A stretch of DNA of 64,000 nucleotides from an uncultured Candidatus Saccharibacteria bacterium (GTDB lineage: Bacteria > Patescibacteriota > Minisyncoccia > Minisyncoccales > CAYVNG01). This document shows, piece by piece, positions 39,188-48,260 of this stretch (positions within the stretch are counted from its first letter, which is position 1; each line of letters begins with the position of its first letter). The notes beneath the pieces are model-generated. The model saw only the letters and a list, made by a program, of their open reading frames with translations. It was not told the DNA's origin and did not search any database. A program made the translations under genes and the position numbers. The DNA lies in assembly GCA_964452875.1 (NCBI GenBank), contig CAYVNG010000002.1, positions 1,459-65,458 of the forward strand. The letters are read 5' to 3'.

Positions 39188-39208
39188 CACGGAGCGGTCA
39201 AGCAAAAA

Positions 39209-39796
39209 CTAGAACATTATGTCCTCTTCCGCCCTCTTGTAGTCGTGTATGTCTTCCGGAGAGAACCAAAACTGTATCTCATGAGTGGATTCCTGCTCTG
39301 TCTCGGAAGCGTGGATGATATTGTGAATCGCCCTTTTATCCCTGTTGGCCGCGGTTGCGTCGTCAACCGAAAAGTCCCCCCTGATGGTCCCCATTTCGGC
39401 CTGGGAAGGCATGGTCGGGCCGGCTATCTTCCTGACCATGTCCCTGGCATGAATCCCCTTGACCACCATTTTAACCACCGGGCCCGAAGTCATATAGGAA
39501 ATGAGCCAGGATCTGACCTGCTTTCCTATTTCCAAAGGATCGTCTGAACCGAATTCATCTTTAACGTCGATACCGTAGTCCTGGTAGTTCTTCATCGTCT
39601 TTCCACCGATTTTCCTGATCCATTCCTCGTCTTTCGGGTAATGCTCGTCTATCTGATCTGGCTTGGCATGGACCATTCCAAGAGCTATTATCTTGAGCCC
39701 CCTCATTTCTATTCTGGAGATTATTTCCCCGACCAGCCCCCTTTTCACTCCGTCGGGCTTTACCAAAACCAATGTTTTTTCTTCGCTCGGGTGCAT
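39209..39796 (-). CDS. ndk: Nucleoside diphosphate kinase (long form with insertion)
   Basis: TLVLVKPDGVKRGLVGEIISRIE...HASET (active-site His context). Start set at MHPSEEKT; the track ORF extends to 39844. Confidence 0.85.
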   Translation of the reverse strand: MHPSEEKTLVLVKPDGVKRGLVGEIISRIEMRGLKIIALGMVHAKPDQIDEHYPKDEEWIRKIGGKTMKNYQDYGIDVKDEFGSDDPLEIGKQVRSWLISYMTSGPVVKMVVKGIHARDMVRKIAGPTMPSQAEMGTIRGDFSVDDATAANRDKRAIHNIIHASETEQESTHEIQFWFSPEDIHDYKRAEEDIMF

Positions 39797-39898
39797 ATTG
39801 GAAGATCGCACAGACGGGAACGCGGATCCTTCAGGATCCCTCATCCCTGCATATGCCTATCTGGTTAAATTTCCTTCTTTATACCATCCTCGGCCTTC

Positions 39899-40762
39899 CT
39901 AATCAAGCCAGACTTCCTTTCCGTCGCTTGCGAACCTGACATCCCCCTGCAGATCGGTCCTCAAAACATCAATGCCTTCCAAAGCTTCAAGGGCGTCTTG
40001 ACTGGGATGGCCGTACGAATTGTCCTTGCCGCAGGAGATCACCGCGAACTCCGGGGAAACCGCTTCGACGAATTCCCTGCTTGTCGAGGTCCTGCTTCCG
40101 TGGTGCCCCGCCTTCAAGACGTCGGAATCGACTTCCGCCCCGAGCGAAATAATCTGCTTTTCCGCTGACTGGTAAGCGTCCCCTGTGAAAATGAAGGAAA
40201 TGTCCTTGTAAACGAGCCTGGCGATTATCGAGGTATTGTTGCTGTCCTCCATTTCCATTCCTTCCTGGCTTTCAAAAGGATGGAGAACGTAAAGGAATTC
40301 ATAAGGCTGGCCGAATCCTATCTTCAATCCTGATTCTGCGATATGCAGATTCGCCCCCTCCTCTCTTATCAGCTTCAGCCACTCTCTATAATCGGCGGTA
40401 TCCCTGACAACGCCGGTCCACAAGACGTTCTCCACCTCGTAACTCTTCAGAACTTCAATAAGGCCGGCCATATGGTCTTTTTCAGGATGAGTGAGGATGA
40501 CAAGGTCGATCGTCCTGTCCCAGAAAGGCATTTCTTCTGCCAGCTTCTCGAGCAAAGAAGAGTCCGGTCCGCCGTCAATCAGAACTTGGCGGCCTTCAGG
40601 AGTTTTAATGAAGGCTGCGTCTCCCTGTCCGACGTCGAAAAAAACGACCTCCAGTTTCCCGGGCCGGGCCAGATCAAAAGCCGCGGCTGAAACGAAGACA
40701 TCTAAAAAAAGAAGAAATCCCAGGATAATTAAAGATTTTCTTTCAGGCATATGGCGCTTCAT
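39899..40762 (-). CDS. ComEC/Rec2-type metallo-beta-lactamase domain protein, membrane anchored
   Basis: 287 aa. N-terminal TM helix, VVFFDVGQGDAAFI and LTHPEKDH metal motifs, SYGHP near the C-terminus. Confidence 0.8.
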   Translation of the reverse strand: MKRHMPERKSLIILGFLLFLDVFVSAAAFDLARPGKLEVVFFDVGQGDAAFIKTPEGRQVLIDGGPDSSLLEKLAEEMPFWDRTIDLVILTHPEKDHMAGLIEVLKSYEVENVLWTGVVRDTADYREWLKLIREEGANLHIAESGLKIGFGQPYEFLYVLHPFESQEGMEMEDSNNTSIIARLVYKDISFIFTGDAYQSAEKQIISLGAEVDSDVLKAGHHGSRTSTSREFVEAVSPEFAVISCGKDNSYGHPSQDALEALEGIDVLRTDLQGDVRFASDGKEVWLD

Positions 40763-40801
40763 TCATATTATGGAAAAAAGAAGGATTTGTTAAGCAAAAC
40801 A

Positions 40802-40831
40802 AAAGCCGCCCCGTTTGAACGGAGCGGCTTT
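40802..40831 (-). terminator. Intrinsic terminator hairpin
   Basis: AAAGCCGCCCCGT-TTGA-ACGGAGCGGCTTT. On the minus strand it is followed by TTTGTTTTGC. Lies just after the stop of the zinc-ribbon ORF. Confidence 0.65.
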
Positions 40832-40857
40832 CACAAAGATTTCCGGAAATCCTTGTC

Positions 40858-41019
40858 TTACTTTTTTCCCAGAATCCTGAACATCTTCGTTCCGCATACA
40901 GGGCAGGTTCCGGTCGAAGCTCTCCTTTCCACTCCGCCCTTTCCTTTCATGGCGACTTCTTTCTCGCCCTGCATTTCCTGCTTCTTTTTGCATTTTACGC
41001 AATAGCCTACTGTGGCCAT
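40858..41019 (-). CDS. Small zinc-ribbon protein (DUF5679-like)
   Basis: Hand translation: MATVGYCVKCKKKQEMQGEKEVAMKGKGGVERRASTGTCPVCGTKMFRILGKK, then TAA. CxxC...CxxC pattern, 53 aa, below the ORF-track cutoff. Confidence 0.65.
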   Translation of the reverse strand: MATVGYCVKCKKKQEMQGEKEVAMKGKGGVERRASTGTCPVCGTKMFRILGKK

Positions 41020-41172
41020 ATTTTGTTCAAGCCAAGTGACTGGCAGATTGCAGCACTTTGGCCGTTATTTCCCGATTGAACTTTTCGGCCTTTAGCCTGC
41101 CTGACGGCAAGACTTAATTGATCCTATTGCATCCATGATAGCTCATTTCGGATAAAAATGGTAGGGGGCAGC

Positions 41173-41922
41173 CTAAAAGGACTTCAAGAGGGCCATTATG
41201 GACATCCCGGCCAGGAAGGCGGAAAAATGAAGCAATGATTTTCTCTTGCTCCCTTCATATTTGATTTCCGGTATCAAATCGGAAGCCGAAATGTAAATGA
41301 AGCTGCCGGCGGCGAAAGGAAGGAGGAAAACGATCGAACTTCCCATGTTGTCGGCAAGGAAAAAACCGAGCAAGCCTCCGAGTATTGCCGTAGCCGCGGA
41401 AACGAAATTAAGGATCAAGGCCTTCCCTTTTTTGAATCCCCCGTAAACAAGAACGCCGAAATCCCCTATCTCCTGGGGAATCTCGTGGAAGGCCACTGCC
41501 AGAACCGTGGATATGGCCGCCGGGAAGGAAACGAAGAAGGAAGCAGCTATTATAAATCCGTCGATGAAGTTGTGCACGGCGTCGGAAAACAGGATGAGCA
41601 TGGAAAACGGCTTCACCTCGCTTCTGTTCGCCTTGTGCTCATGCCAACCCGCAAAATGCGCGAAGATGAAAAAGACGATGAAACCGGCAGCCAGAAAAAG
41701 GAAAACCTTGAACAAGGACCTTTCGTCTCCCCCTATTTCTTCGACGGCCTCGGGTATCAGATGGAAAAAAGCGCTTCCCAGCAGGGCTCCGGCCGAAAAG
41801 GCCACCAAGACCAAAAGAAGGCTGGCCATCGCCTTTTCTTTGAGAAAAAGTATCAATGTCCCGGCAAAAGACACCAGGCTGACCAGGAAAGTGGAAACGA
41901 TTATCCAAAAAAGGATGTTCAT
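41173..41922 (-). CDS. ZIP family divalent metal transporter (ZupT-like)
   Basis: 249 aa, multi-TM. HNFIDGF and HEIPQEIGDFGVL motifs. Confidence 0.85.
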   Translation of the reverse strand: MNILFWIIVSTFLVSLVSFAGTLILFLKEKAMASLLLVLVAFSAGALLGSAFFHLIPEAVEEIGGDERSLFKVFLFLAAGFIVFFIFAHFAGWHEHKANRSEVKPFSMLILFSDAVHNFIDGFIIAASFFVSFPAAISTVLAVAFHEIPQEIGDFGVLVYGGFKKGKALILNFVSAATAILGGLLGFFLADNMGSSIVFLLPFAAGSFIYISASDLIPEIKYEGSKRKSLLHFSAFLAGMSIMALLKSF

Positions 41923-42497
41923 AAATGTTTCATTATTTTCTTAAAATCGCTTTTCATCAGCCTTTTCAAATTCGGATTATAGGTCGCGGCCGCCGGATGG
42001 TACAAAGGGATCAATTTCACCTTGGCCTTGCCGAACCTGGCTTCGTATGCCCTGGCTCTGGCTTTTGAGATGCCGCAGAACTCCAACCCGCACCTTTCGA
42101 ACACGTGCCTCGCTGAAAAGTTTCCGAGAAGGAGGATCGCTTTCGGCTTTATCAGCCTTATCTGGCGGTCGAGGAAAGGAGCGCAAGATTTGATCTCCCT
42201 TCTTTCCGGATTGCGGTTCCCAGGCGGCCTGTCCTTCAGGATGTTGGTGATATATACGTTCTTCCTTTCCATCCTGACCGATTCCATGAGCTCGTCCAGA
42301 ATCTTCCCCGCTCTTCCCTGGAAAGGCTTTCCTGATTCAGCTTCCTTCAATCCGGGAGCTTCCCCGACTATCAATATTTTGGCTTTCAGGTTTCCCTCTC
42401 CCGCGACCGGCAGATAGCATTTCTTTTCCCTTTCTTTCCTCAATGAGCATCTTTTGCAATCCAAGACGTCTTCTTTGATCTTTTTAAAAGAATCCAT
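41919..42497 (-). CDS. Uracil-DNA glycosylase, family 4
   Basis: 192 aa. CKRCSL Fe-S Cys, GEAPGLKEAESGKPFQGRAG motif. Confidence 0.85.
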   Translation of the reverse strand: MDSFKKIKEDVLDCKRCSLRKEREKKCYLPVAGEGNLKAKILIVGEAPGLKEAESGKPFQGRAGKILDELMESVRMERKNVYITNILKDRPPGNRNPERREIKSCAPFLDRQIRLIKPKAILLLGNFSARHVFERCGLEFCGISKARARAYEARFGKAKVKLIPLYHPAAATYNPNLKRLMKSDFKKIMKHL

Positions 42498-43418
42498 TCA
42501 AGCAGCAAAAAAACCGTTGATTACGAGGTCGATCGCCTCTTTTTCGGACAGCCCCCTCATTCTCAGATAGTCAAGCTGCTCTGAAGATATCCTTCCTATG
42601 GCCGCCTCATGGGTCAGCTGGGCTTTGCTGTTCCTGCAGTCCAGCTGCGGAGCCATTTTCAATACGGGCTGGTCTTTACCTTTTCCAGGATCAACCAGCA
42701 GTCCCTGGCAGTCCAAATGCCCCACGGATTCGGCTTGAGCGGAAATGATCGATCTGGCCAGGATCTTTGATCCTTCCCTGGCAACGATCTTCAGATTTAT
42801 CTGCCCTGAAGACCCCTTCCCTTTCAAGAAAACCGAATCCTCCATTTCAGCCCGGATCAGCCTGCAGTCTGCCGCCAGTTTGAGGATGCAGGACGCCTTT
42901 TCGGCAAGCTCCACTTTCGTAATAACCTTGATATCTTTCGGGCTGGAAATCATCTTGTAAGAATATTCCAGTTTGGCTTCCTTGCCTAGAATGAAGTCGT
43001 ATTCCGGCCAAACAACGTTTTTACTGCCCCAGGAATGGACGTGGTCGTACTGCAGGAAGGCCTTGTCTTTCAGAATGATCTTCCCCTGGGCCTTGTGGAT
43101 TCCGCCCTTAGACGGCTGCAAACTGGAGCAGGTACCTTGCAGCTTTACTTGCAGCCCTTTTTCAACCACCAAAAGATTCTGCATCTCCTGCTTAATCTTG
43201 TCGGAGGAGATGGAAACGCAGGAAAAAATAGGGGAATCTGTCTGTTCTTTTACCCAGATGAAATATCCTTCTTTGGGCTTTCCTTTGAAATATTCCCTCG
43301 CCCAGGGAATATTTTCCCAGGCGTCAGCGCTCTTCAAAACCTCCGCCCCTTTTGAAGGGCAGAGATTCTTCAGCTCATGGTCAATCTGCCAGTAATTAGC
43401 ACTTTTTGCACCTTTCAT
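42498..43418 (-). CDS. Fe-S cluster assembly scaffold protein, SufB/SufD family (short form)
   Basis: 306 aa. C-terminal THEAAIGRISSEQLDYLRMRGLSEKEAIDLVINGF is the SufBD signature region. Confidence 0.8.
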   Translation of the reverse strand: MKGAKSANYWQIDHELKNLCPSKGAEVLKSADAWENIPWAREYFKGKPKEGYFIWVKEQTDSPIFSCVSISSDKIKQEMQNLLVVEKGLQVKLQGTCSSLQPSKGGIHKAQGKIILKDKAFLQYDHVHSWGSKNVVWPEYDFILGKEAKLEYSYKMISSPKDIKVITKVELAEKASCILKLAADCRLIRAEMEDSVFLKGKGSSGQINLKIVAREGSKILARSIISAQAESVGHLDCQGLLVDPGKGKDQPVLKMAPQLDCRNSKAQLTHEAAIGRISSEQLDYLRMRGLSEKEAIDLVINGFFAA

Positions 43419-44091
43419 AGCCGTATCTTTTAATCGTTCTCAACACTTTATTGAAATTTCCCTGGCTGCAGATGATCCTGCCGTCCACCATCACGTTGGT
43501 GACCTTGGGCTTGAGGAATTTCATGATCTCGCCGGAATGGGTTATCAAAAGCACGGAAGCGCCCTTTTCAACCAGCTCCTTTTTTATCATCCTCGCCACG
43601 ATTCCGATCCTTTTGATATCCAGCCCGGAATCTATCTCGTCGAAAACCACAAGCTTGGGGTTAAGGGAAACTATCTGGAGCATTTCAACCATCTTCTTTT
43701 CCCCTCCGGAAAAATCTACATTGACCTCCCTTTCTGCCAGATTGAAAAAAGGATTCTCTTTTTTCATTTTTTTCTTGGAAATTCTGTCTATGAGTCTAGA
43801 AACCCGCACTCCTTTTATGGCCGGCGGATTCTGCCAGGCTAAAGCCAGGCCGAGTTTTGACCTCTTTTCCGGAGAAAGCCTTGTTATCTTCTTTCCATCG
43901 AACAATATTTCCCCGCCGGTCACCTTATATTTTTCGCTTCCAAGAAGCACTTTGGCCAAAGTGCTTTTCCCGGAAGCATTGGGCCCGAGCAAGGCCTGCA
44001 CCTCCCCTTTCTTGATGCGAAGTTCGACCCCTTTCAGGATCTCCTTGCCGTTGGATTCCGCTTTCAGTTTTTTTATTTCAAGCCCTGACAT
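43396..44091 (-). CDS. sufC: Fe-S cluster assembly ATPase SufC
   Basis: 231 aa. Walker A GPNASGKST, ABC signature FSGGEKK, Walker B VVFDEIDSGLD. Confidence 0.9.
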   Translation of the reverse strand: MSGLEIKKLKAESNGKEILKGVELRIKKGEVQALLGPNASGKSTLAKVLLGSEKYKVTGGEILFDGKKITRLSPEKRSKLGLALAWQNPPAIKGVRVSRLIDRISKKKMKKENPFFNLAEREVNVDFSGGEKKMVEMLQIVSLNPKLVVFDEIDSGLDIKRIGIVARMIKKELVEKGASVLLITHSGEIMKFLKPKVTNVMVDGRIICSQGNFNKVLRTIKRYGYERCKKC

Positions 44092-44296
44092 TTTTATCCA
44101 AAGCGTTTATCCCAGCCAGGATTTTTTCCAGGTCCAGGCCGTAAACTTTGCAGACCTCCCCTAATTTCAGTTTTCCCATCTCGAACTTAGCGAAAGGACA
44201 GGTCAGGCAGGGCATCTTATTCTTTAATAAAACATCCTCCGCCCCTTTTCTTTTGATTATTTCCGCCAGAACCGTGTCTTTTGTTATCTTCTTCAT
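44078..44296 (-). CDS. DUF1858-like small redox-disulfide domain protein
   Basis: 72 aa. MPCLTCPFAKFEMGKLKLGEVCKVYGLD. CxxC motif. Overlaps the sufC start. Confidence 0.6.
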   Translation of the reverse strand: MKKITKDTVLAEIIKRKGAEDVLLKNKMPCLTCPFAKFEMGKLKLGEVCKVYGLDLEKILAGINALDKNVRA

Positions 44297-44300
44297 AGCT

Positions 44301-45440
44301 CTAAAAAACGTTTGCCAGATAATAGGCGCCTAAGGAAAACAGGGTTGCTGCCTCAGCGAAAGTGATCCAAGTCACGAATCTGCCTGAAGCCATCCATATC
44401 GACATTTTGAAAACGGCGATCATGAAAACGATAATCTCGTCTATCATATAGAAAATGACGTAGAGGACGATGTAAAAAAGGTATTTAAAAAGCGGAAAGC
44501 CGGCCTCTGCCATAATGCTTGCGAACGTCAAGGGCACGGCCGCAGAGCAAGGGAACTCCACGACGGTCACCACAACGGCGAACAAAAGGACGGCAATGAT
44601 CAGGAAAACTACCCCTTTCTGGCCCAGAAAAGAACTCTGCAGTTTTCCGGCGAGCTTTGAAATCGTGCCTTGTCCTTTTTCAGTCTGGCAGGCCGGGCCG
44701 TATTTCCTGAATTTCAAGAACTCCCTGAGGAAAAAAGCGCCTCCTCCTATCCCCAGCAGCCCGATTATCAGTTCCATAGCTCCCAGATAAGAAACCAAAG
44801 CGAAGAAAAGCCTGTACCAAAGCAGTATCAAAAGCCCGTAGACCAAGGACGTGACTACGATAAACGTTCCTCCGAAAAGGATTATCTTCTTCCTGGAGCG
44901 GAGGACTATCACTAAACCCAGGATCAAGACGAGCGCGCCCAAGGAACAGACATTGAACCCGTCCAGCAGGCCGAGCAGCACAGCCAAAGCAGGGAAAGAA
45001 TAATTCCCAGGATCGATCTCTCCGACAAAGGGCAGGCTGATCTTTTTCGAAAAAAATCCTTCTTCGCCCTCGATCATCCTCTGGATCGCCTCTTCTATTT
45101 CCCTGCCCCTGTTTTGGTCGTTGTCGAACCCGACAACGACTTCTTTTCCGATGAAAGTCAAAGGGACTGACCCTATATATTCTTCAATGCCGCATTCATA
45201 GCACATGTTTTCCAGTATCTCTCTGCTTCCAACATCAGCGACATCATGCCTGTAAATCGAAATTCCCGGATATTTTTCCTCAATTGCATCCAGGAAGCTC
45301 TCTTCGGCTGCGCAGTGCGAGCAAATCTTGCTGTAAAAGAAATGAACGCCGAGCTCCTCTTTGGAATAAGCGGCGGTAAATATCGAAAACAAAAAAAACA
45401 AAACGAAAAATCCTATTGTGATTCTCTTCATTCTTTTCAA
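44301..45440 (-). CDS. Membrane thiol-disulfide protein: N-terminal thioredoxin-like domain fused to a CcdA/DsbD-like transmembrane domain
   Basis: 379 aa. Signal/TM, then KICSHCAAEESF (CxxC), then a multi-TM region with LLDGFNVCSLGAL and EFPCSAAVP. Confidence 0.65.
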   Translation of the reverse strand: MKRMKRITIGFFVLFFLFSIFTAAYSKEELGVHFFYSKICSHCAAEESFLDAIEEKYPGISIYRHDVADVGSREILENMCYECGIEEYIGSVPLTFIGKEVVVGFDNDQNRGREIEEAIQRMIEGEEGFFSKKISLPFVGEIDPGNYSFPALAVLLGLLDGFNVCSLGALVLILGLVIVLRSRKKIILFGGTFIVVTSLVYGLLILLWYRLFFALVSYLGAMELIIGLLGIGGGAFFLREFLKFRKYGPACQTEKGQGTISKLAGKLQSSFLGQKGVVFLIIAVLLFAVVVTVVEFPCSAAVPLTFASIMAEAGFPLFKYLFYIVLYVIFYMIDEIIVFMIAVFKMSIWMASGRFVTWITFAEAATLFSLGAYYLANVF

Positions 45441-45904
45441 CCGAATAATTTTATTTTCATCCTTTTGAAAAAGCCCGTTCTTTCAAGCATCAAAATCCCG
45501 TTCAGATGGTCTATTTCCTGCTGGAGGCATATTGCCAGCAGGCCGGAAGCCTCGACTTCGAACTTCTCCATTTTTTTGTCATGGGCCTCCACTTTCACCT
45601 CTTTCGCCCTTCTTATGTTAAGGTATTTTCCCGGAACGCTCAAGCACCCCTCTTCCGAGACTTCCCTGCCTTTTTTCCATACGATCTTCGGATTGATGAA
45701 AACCATTGGGCCTGAACCCACGTCCACCACCGCCAGCTGTTTCAGAAATCCGACCTGGGAAGCGGCCAGCCCGACCCCCTGGCTCTTGTACATCGTCTCG
45801 AACATGTCATCGATGAGCTTCAATATTTCCGGGGTGATTTCCTTAATAGGCTCGCATTTTTTCCTTAAAACCGGGTCCGGGTATCGCCTTATCTCTAAAA
45901 TCAT
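45437..45904 (-). CDS. def: Peptide deformylase
   Basis: 155 aa. GVGLAASQVG, EGCLSVPG, QQEIDHLNG motifs. Confidence 0.92.
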   Translation of the reverse strand: MILEIRRYPDPVLRKKCEPIKEITPEILKLIDDMFETMYKSQGVGLAASQVGFLKQLAVVDVGSGPMVFINPKIVWKKGREVSEEGCLSVPGKYLNIRRAKEVKVEAHDKKMEKFEVEASGLLAICLQQEIDHLNGILMLERTGFFKRMKIKLFG

Positions 45905-45909
45905 CTCTG

Positions 45910-46239
45910 TCAGCTCGCTATAAGTTTTATCCCTATTTCCGAAACTTTGCCTCCCCCGAAGAAAAGGATCATGGCGAATATTGACCAGGCCGCCAGGTTG
46001 AGAAGGTCTGATATGAAGCCGATCGGCAGGAGCTTTTGAAATTCCCCGCTTATCATGTCCTGGATGGCCTCCATCTGGTTTTTATCTTCCCCCTGGACGA
46101 TAGATCCCTCCTCGCTCGATGAAAAAATCGCGGGAGCCCCTTTTTGGCCGGTGAAAATTTGGTAGGAACCGTATATCCCCCAGAAAATTACCAACAAGCC
46201 CGCAACTGTCAGAACCCAGCCTGCGATTTTCTTTTGCAT
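45910..46239 (-). CDS. Hypothetical small membrane protein
   Basis: 109-aa ORF with two predicted TM helices flanking a polar loop. 5-nt spacing to def. Confidence 0.5.
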   Translation of the reverse strand: MQKKIAGWVLTVAGLLVIFWGIYGSYQIFTGQKGAPAIFSSSEEGSIVQGEDKNQMEAIQDMISGEFQKLLPIGFISDLLNLAAWSIFAMILFFGGGKVSEIGIKLIAS

Positions 46240-46240
46240 A

Positions 46241-46342
46241 TTATTTCAATATTTGGAACATTAATATCCCGATGCAGACAAACAACACGACCAACAGTCC
46301 GTATGTCCTTTTGGTGAGCTTTTTTTCTGTGCTGATTTCCAT
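46241..46342 (-). CDS. Possible 33-aa single-TM peptide
   Basis: Hand translation: MEISTEKKLTKRTYGLLVVLFVCIGILMFQILK, then TAA. The stop abuts the next ATG. No homology support. Confidence 0.25.
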   Translation of the reverse strand: MEISTEKKLTKRTYGLLVVLFVCIGILMFQILK

Positions 46343-46374
46343 AAGATTGTTTTATTTTTATTGAACGACCTTTC

Positions 46375-47130
46375 TTACATTATAGCTTCAAGTGCGGCTC
46401 CCGCCAAACAAAGCAGGCCGAAGACAAGAGTGAATCTGGAAAAATTAGTCCTCTGGGAAAGACCTATCAAAAGGCGGAGGAAAAATAATCCTGCAAGGAA
46501 ACTGAAAAGCAGGGCCGGCCAGGAGAAAGGAATGAAGCTGGCGTCATTCGCGACCAGAAAAGCGGTGGAAGCCAGGACGGCCGGAGCCGACATCATATAT
46601 GAAAGCCTCAAGACCTCCTGAGGGGAAAGCTTCCCCAAGCTCAAGGCGAATACGGTGGATCCTGACCTGGACAGCCCGGGGATCACCGAAAGCCCCTGCA
46701 GGAATCCGGCGGCCAAGGCCAATTTGTCCAAGCTCCAGAAGGTTCCTGCCTCCTCTCTTCTTTTTTTCTGAAAAAAAGAAGTGGCTAAAAGCCCCAGCCC
46801 GGTTATGGCCAGGAGGCCGGCGCCGACTGCTGCTTCCCCGATCGTTTCATAAAAAAGGAATCCGAACGGCAAAGATATCAAGGTGGATATGGAAAGGAAC
46901 CGGAAAAGAGGCTTGTTTTTCATGGACAAAACTTCCAGCCAGTCTTTCCTGAAATAGACCAGAACCGCCAGAAGCGTCCCCAAATGCAGAAAAAGGGCGA
47001 AATCAACCGCATCAACCCCTTTTAAAACAAGGCTGATGAAAACGGCGACCATCCCTTCGCTGGAAATGGGAAGCCATTCGAATATCCCCTGCAGTATCCC
47101 GGATATCGCGCTGTTGAAAAAATTTACCAT
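46375..47130 (-). CDS. uppP: Undecaprenyl-diphosphatase
   Basis: 251 aa. GIFEWLPISSEGM and PGLSRSGST motifs. Confidence 0.9.
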   Translation of the reverse strand: MVNFFNSAISGILQGIFEWLPISSEGMVAVFISLVLKGVDAVDFALFLHLGTLLAVLVYFRKDWLEVLSMKNKPLFRFLSISTLISLPFGFLFYETIGEAAVGAGLLAITGLGLLATSFFQKKRREEAGTFWSLDKLALAAGFLQGLSVIPGLSRSGSTVFALSLGKLSPQEVLRLSYMMSAPAVLASTAFLVANDASFIPFSWPALLFSFLAGLFFLRLLIGLSQRTNFSRFTLVFGLLCLAGAALEAIM

Positions 47131-48044
47131 AAATATTCCTTGATGTTGTTCAAATGGTCATCGTAAGTTTTTGCGCAGTGGATCTGGCCCTTGCTGTCAT
47201 GAAGGTAATAAAGGTAATCTGTCTTTTCCGGGTTGAGGGCCGAGTCCAAGGCGGCCTGTCCCGGACTGCAGATGGGGAAAGGAGGATATCCTTTATGAAG
47301 GTAGGTGTTGTATTCAGAATCGATTTCCTTGTCTTCAGACCTGACCTTGGGCCACCAGCCGTCTTCGTTTCCGACGACATACTGAAGGGTGGCGTCAAGC
47401 TGCAAAGGCATGCCCTTTTCCTCCCTGTTTTTGATTATCCCGGCCACCAGAGGCATTTCAGACTCGCTCGCCGCTTCCCTCTGCACCAGGGAAGCCAAAA
47501 TGACGATGCCGGCGTCTTCTTTGAACGATTCCTTAAAGTGCAGAATGAATTCTTTTTCGAGCCTTTCGGCCGCTTCCTCGCCCGTCCAGCCAGACGGGAA
47601 CAGATAAGTGTCTGGAAAAAGGTACCCCTCTTTCGCCCTTGCTAAAAATCCTTGCATTTCCTGATCCGTCCATTCAAGCTCTTTTTTTAGCTTTTCCGCC
47701 ACTTCCTCTTTTCTCAGCCCTTCGGGAATGAAAATCCATTTCTGGGATGGGGATTCAATGAAACTTTTGGCCAGGGAAAAAACGGACATGCTTTTTGAAA
47801 TCAAATACCCGCCGGGAGTAATCTGCCTGTCCCAGCCGGTGATCTTCAGAACCATTCTGAAGAGCTTGGGATTCCTTAAAAATCCGCCAATACCGAGATT
47901 TTCAGCCAATTCGGAAACTGAAAATCCGTTCCTGACTACGAAAACCTCCTTGCCCGCCCTGAAGTCAGGCGGAAAAAACTGGAAAGCGAGGATGAAGACC
48001 AGGACCGCCGGTATTGTTAAGGATAAAGCCAGTTTTCTTTTCAT
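47124..48044 (-). CDS. mltG: Endolytic murein transglycosylase MltG (YceG-like)
   Basis: 306 aa. N-terminal TM, ILASLVQREA, YNTYLHKGYPPFPICSPG. Confidence 0.88.
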   Translation of the reverse strand: MKRKLALSLTIPAVLVFILAFQFFPPDFRAGKEVFVVRNGFSVSELAENLGIGGFLRNPKLFRMVLKITGWDRQITPGGYLISKSMSVFSLAKSFIESPSQKWIFIPEGLRKEEVAEKLKKELEWTDQEMQGFLARAKEGYLFPDTYLFPSGWTGEEAAERLEKEFILHFKESFKEDAGIVILASLVQREAASESEMPLVAGIIKNREEKGMPLQLDATLQYVVGNEDGWWPKVRSEDKEIDSEYNTYLHKGYPPFPICSPGQAALDSALNPEKTDYLYYLHDSKGQIHCAKTYDDHLNNIKEYLW

Positions 48045-48074
48045 GTTATGGATGATTTTTCAAGCAGGCGAGCA

Positions 48075-48254
48075 TCAGTTCCTTTTCTCTATCGCCTCGA
48101 CAGGACAGATATTCTCCCCTCCGCACTTCTCCAGCTTCTTGGAATCCTTGACTTCTGCCTTCCCTTCGCTGTTCATTAAGATCCCTTCCGGGCAGGTTGC
48201 GACGCAAGCGCCGCATCCTATGCATTTTTTCTTATTGACTTTGTATGAAGGCAT
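48075..48254 (-). CDS. 4Fe-4S ferredoxin (single cluster)
   Basis: Hand translation: MPSYKVNKKKCIGCGACVATCPEGILMNSEGKAEVKDSKKLEKCGGENICPVEAIEKRN, then TGA. CxxCxxCxxxCP motif, 59 aa, below the ORF-track cutoff. Confidence 0.8.
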   Translation of the reverse strand: MPSYKVNKKKCIGCGACVATCPEGILMNSEGKAEVKDSKKLEKCGGENICPVEAIEKRN

Positions 48255-48260
48255 AATTCG

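Noticed and set aside
39016-39201. A 61-aa ORF (or 54 aa from the internal ATG) between ndk and tRNA-Pro.
   Set aside because: It has no SD. The internal ATG lies inside the TATAAT hexamer of the only plausible promoter. The stop sits within the terminator stem. The region folds into an extended rod, so I interpret it as a candidate ncRNA.
41020-41172. A 153-nt gap upstream of the DUF5679-like gene as a possible metal riboswitch or ncRNA, given the neighbouring ZIP transporter.
   Set aside because: It has only short, weak hairpins (a GGCCG/CGGCC stem with a 21-nt loop). There is no clear promoter or terminator pair and no motif I recognise, so the support is insufficient.
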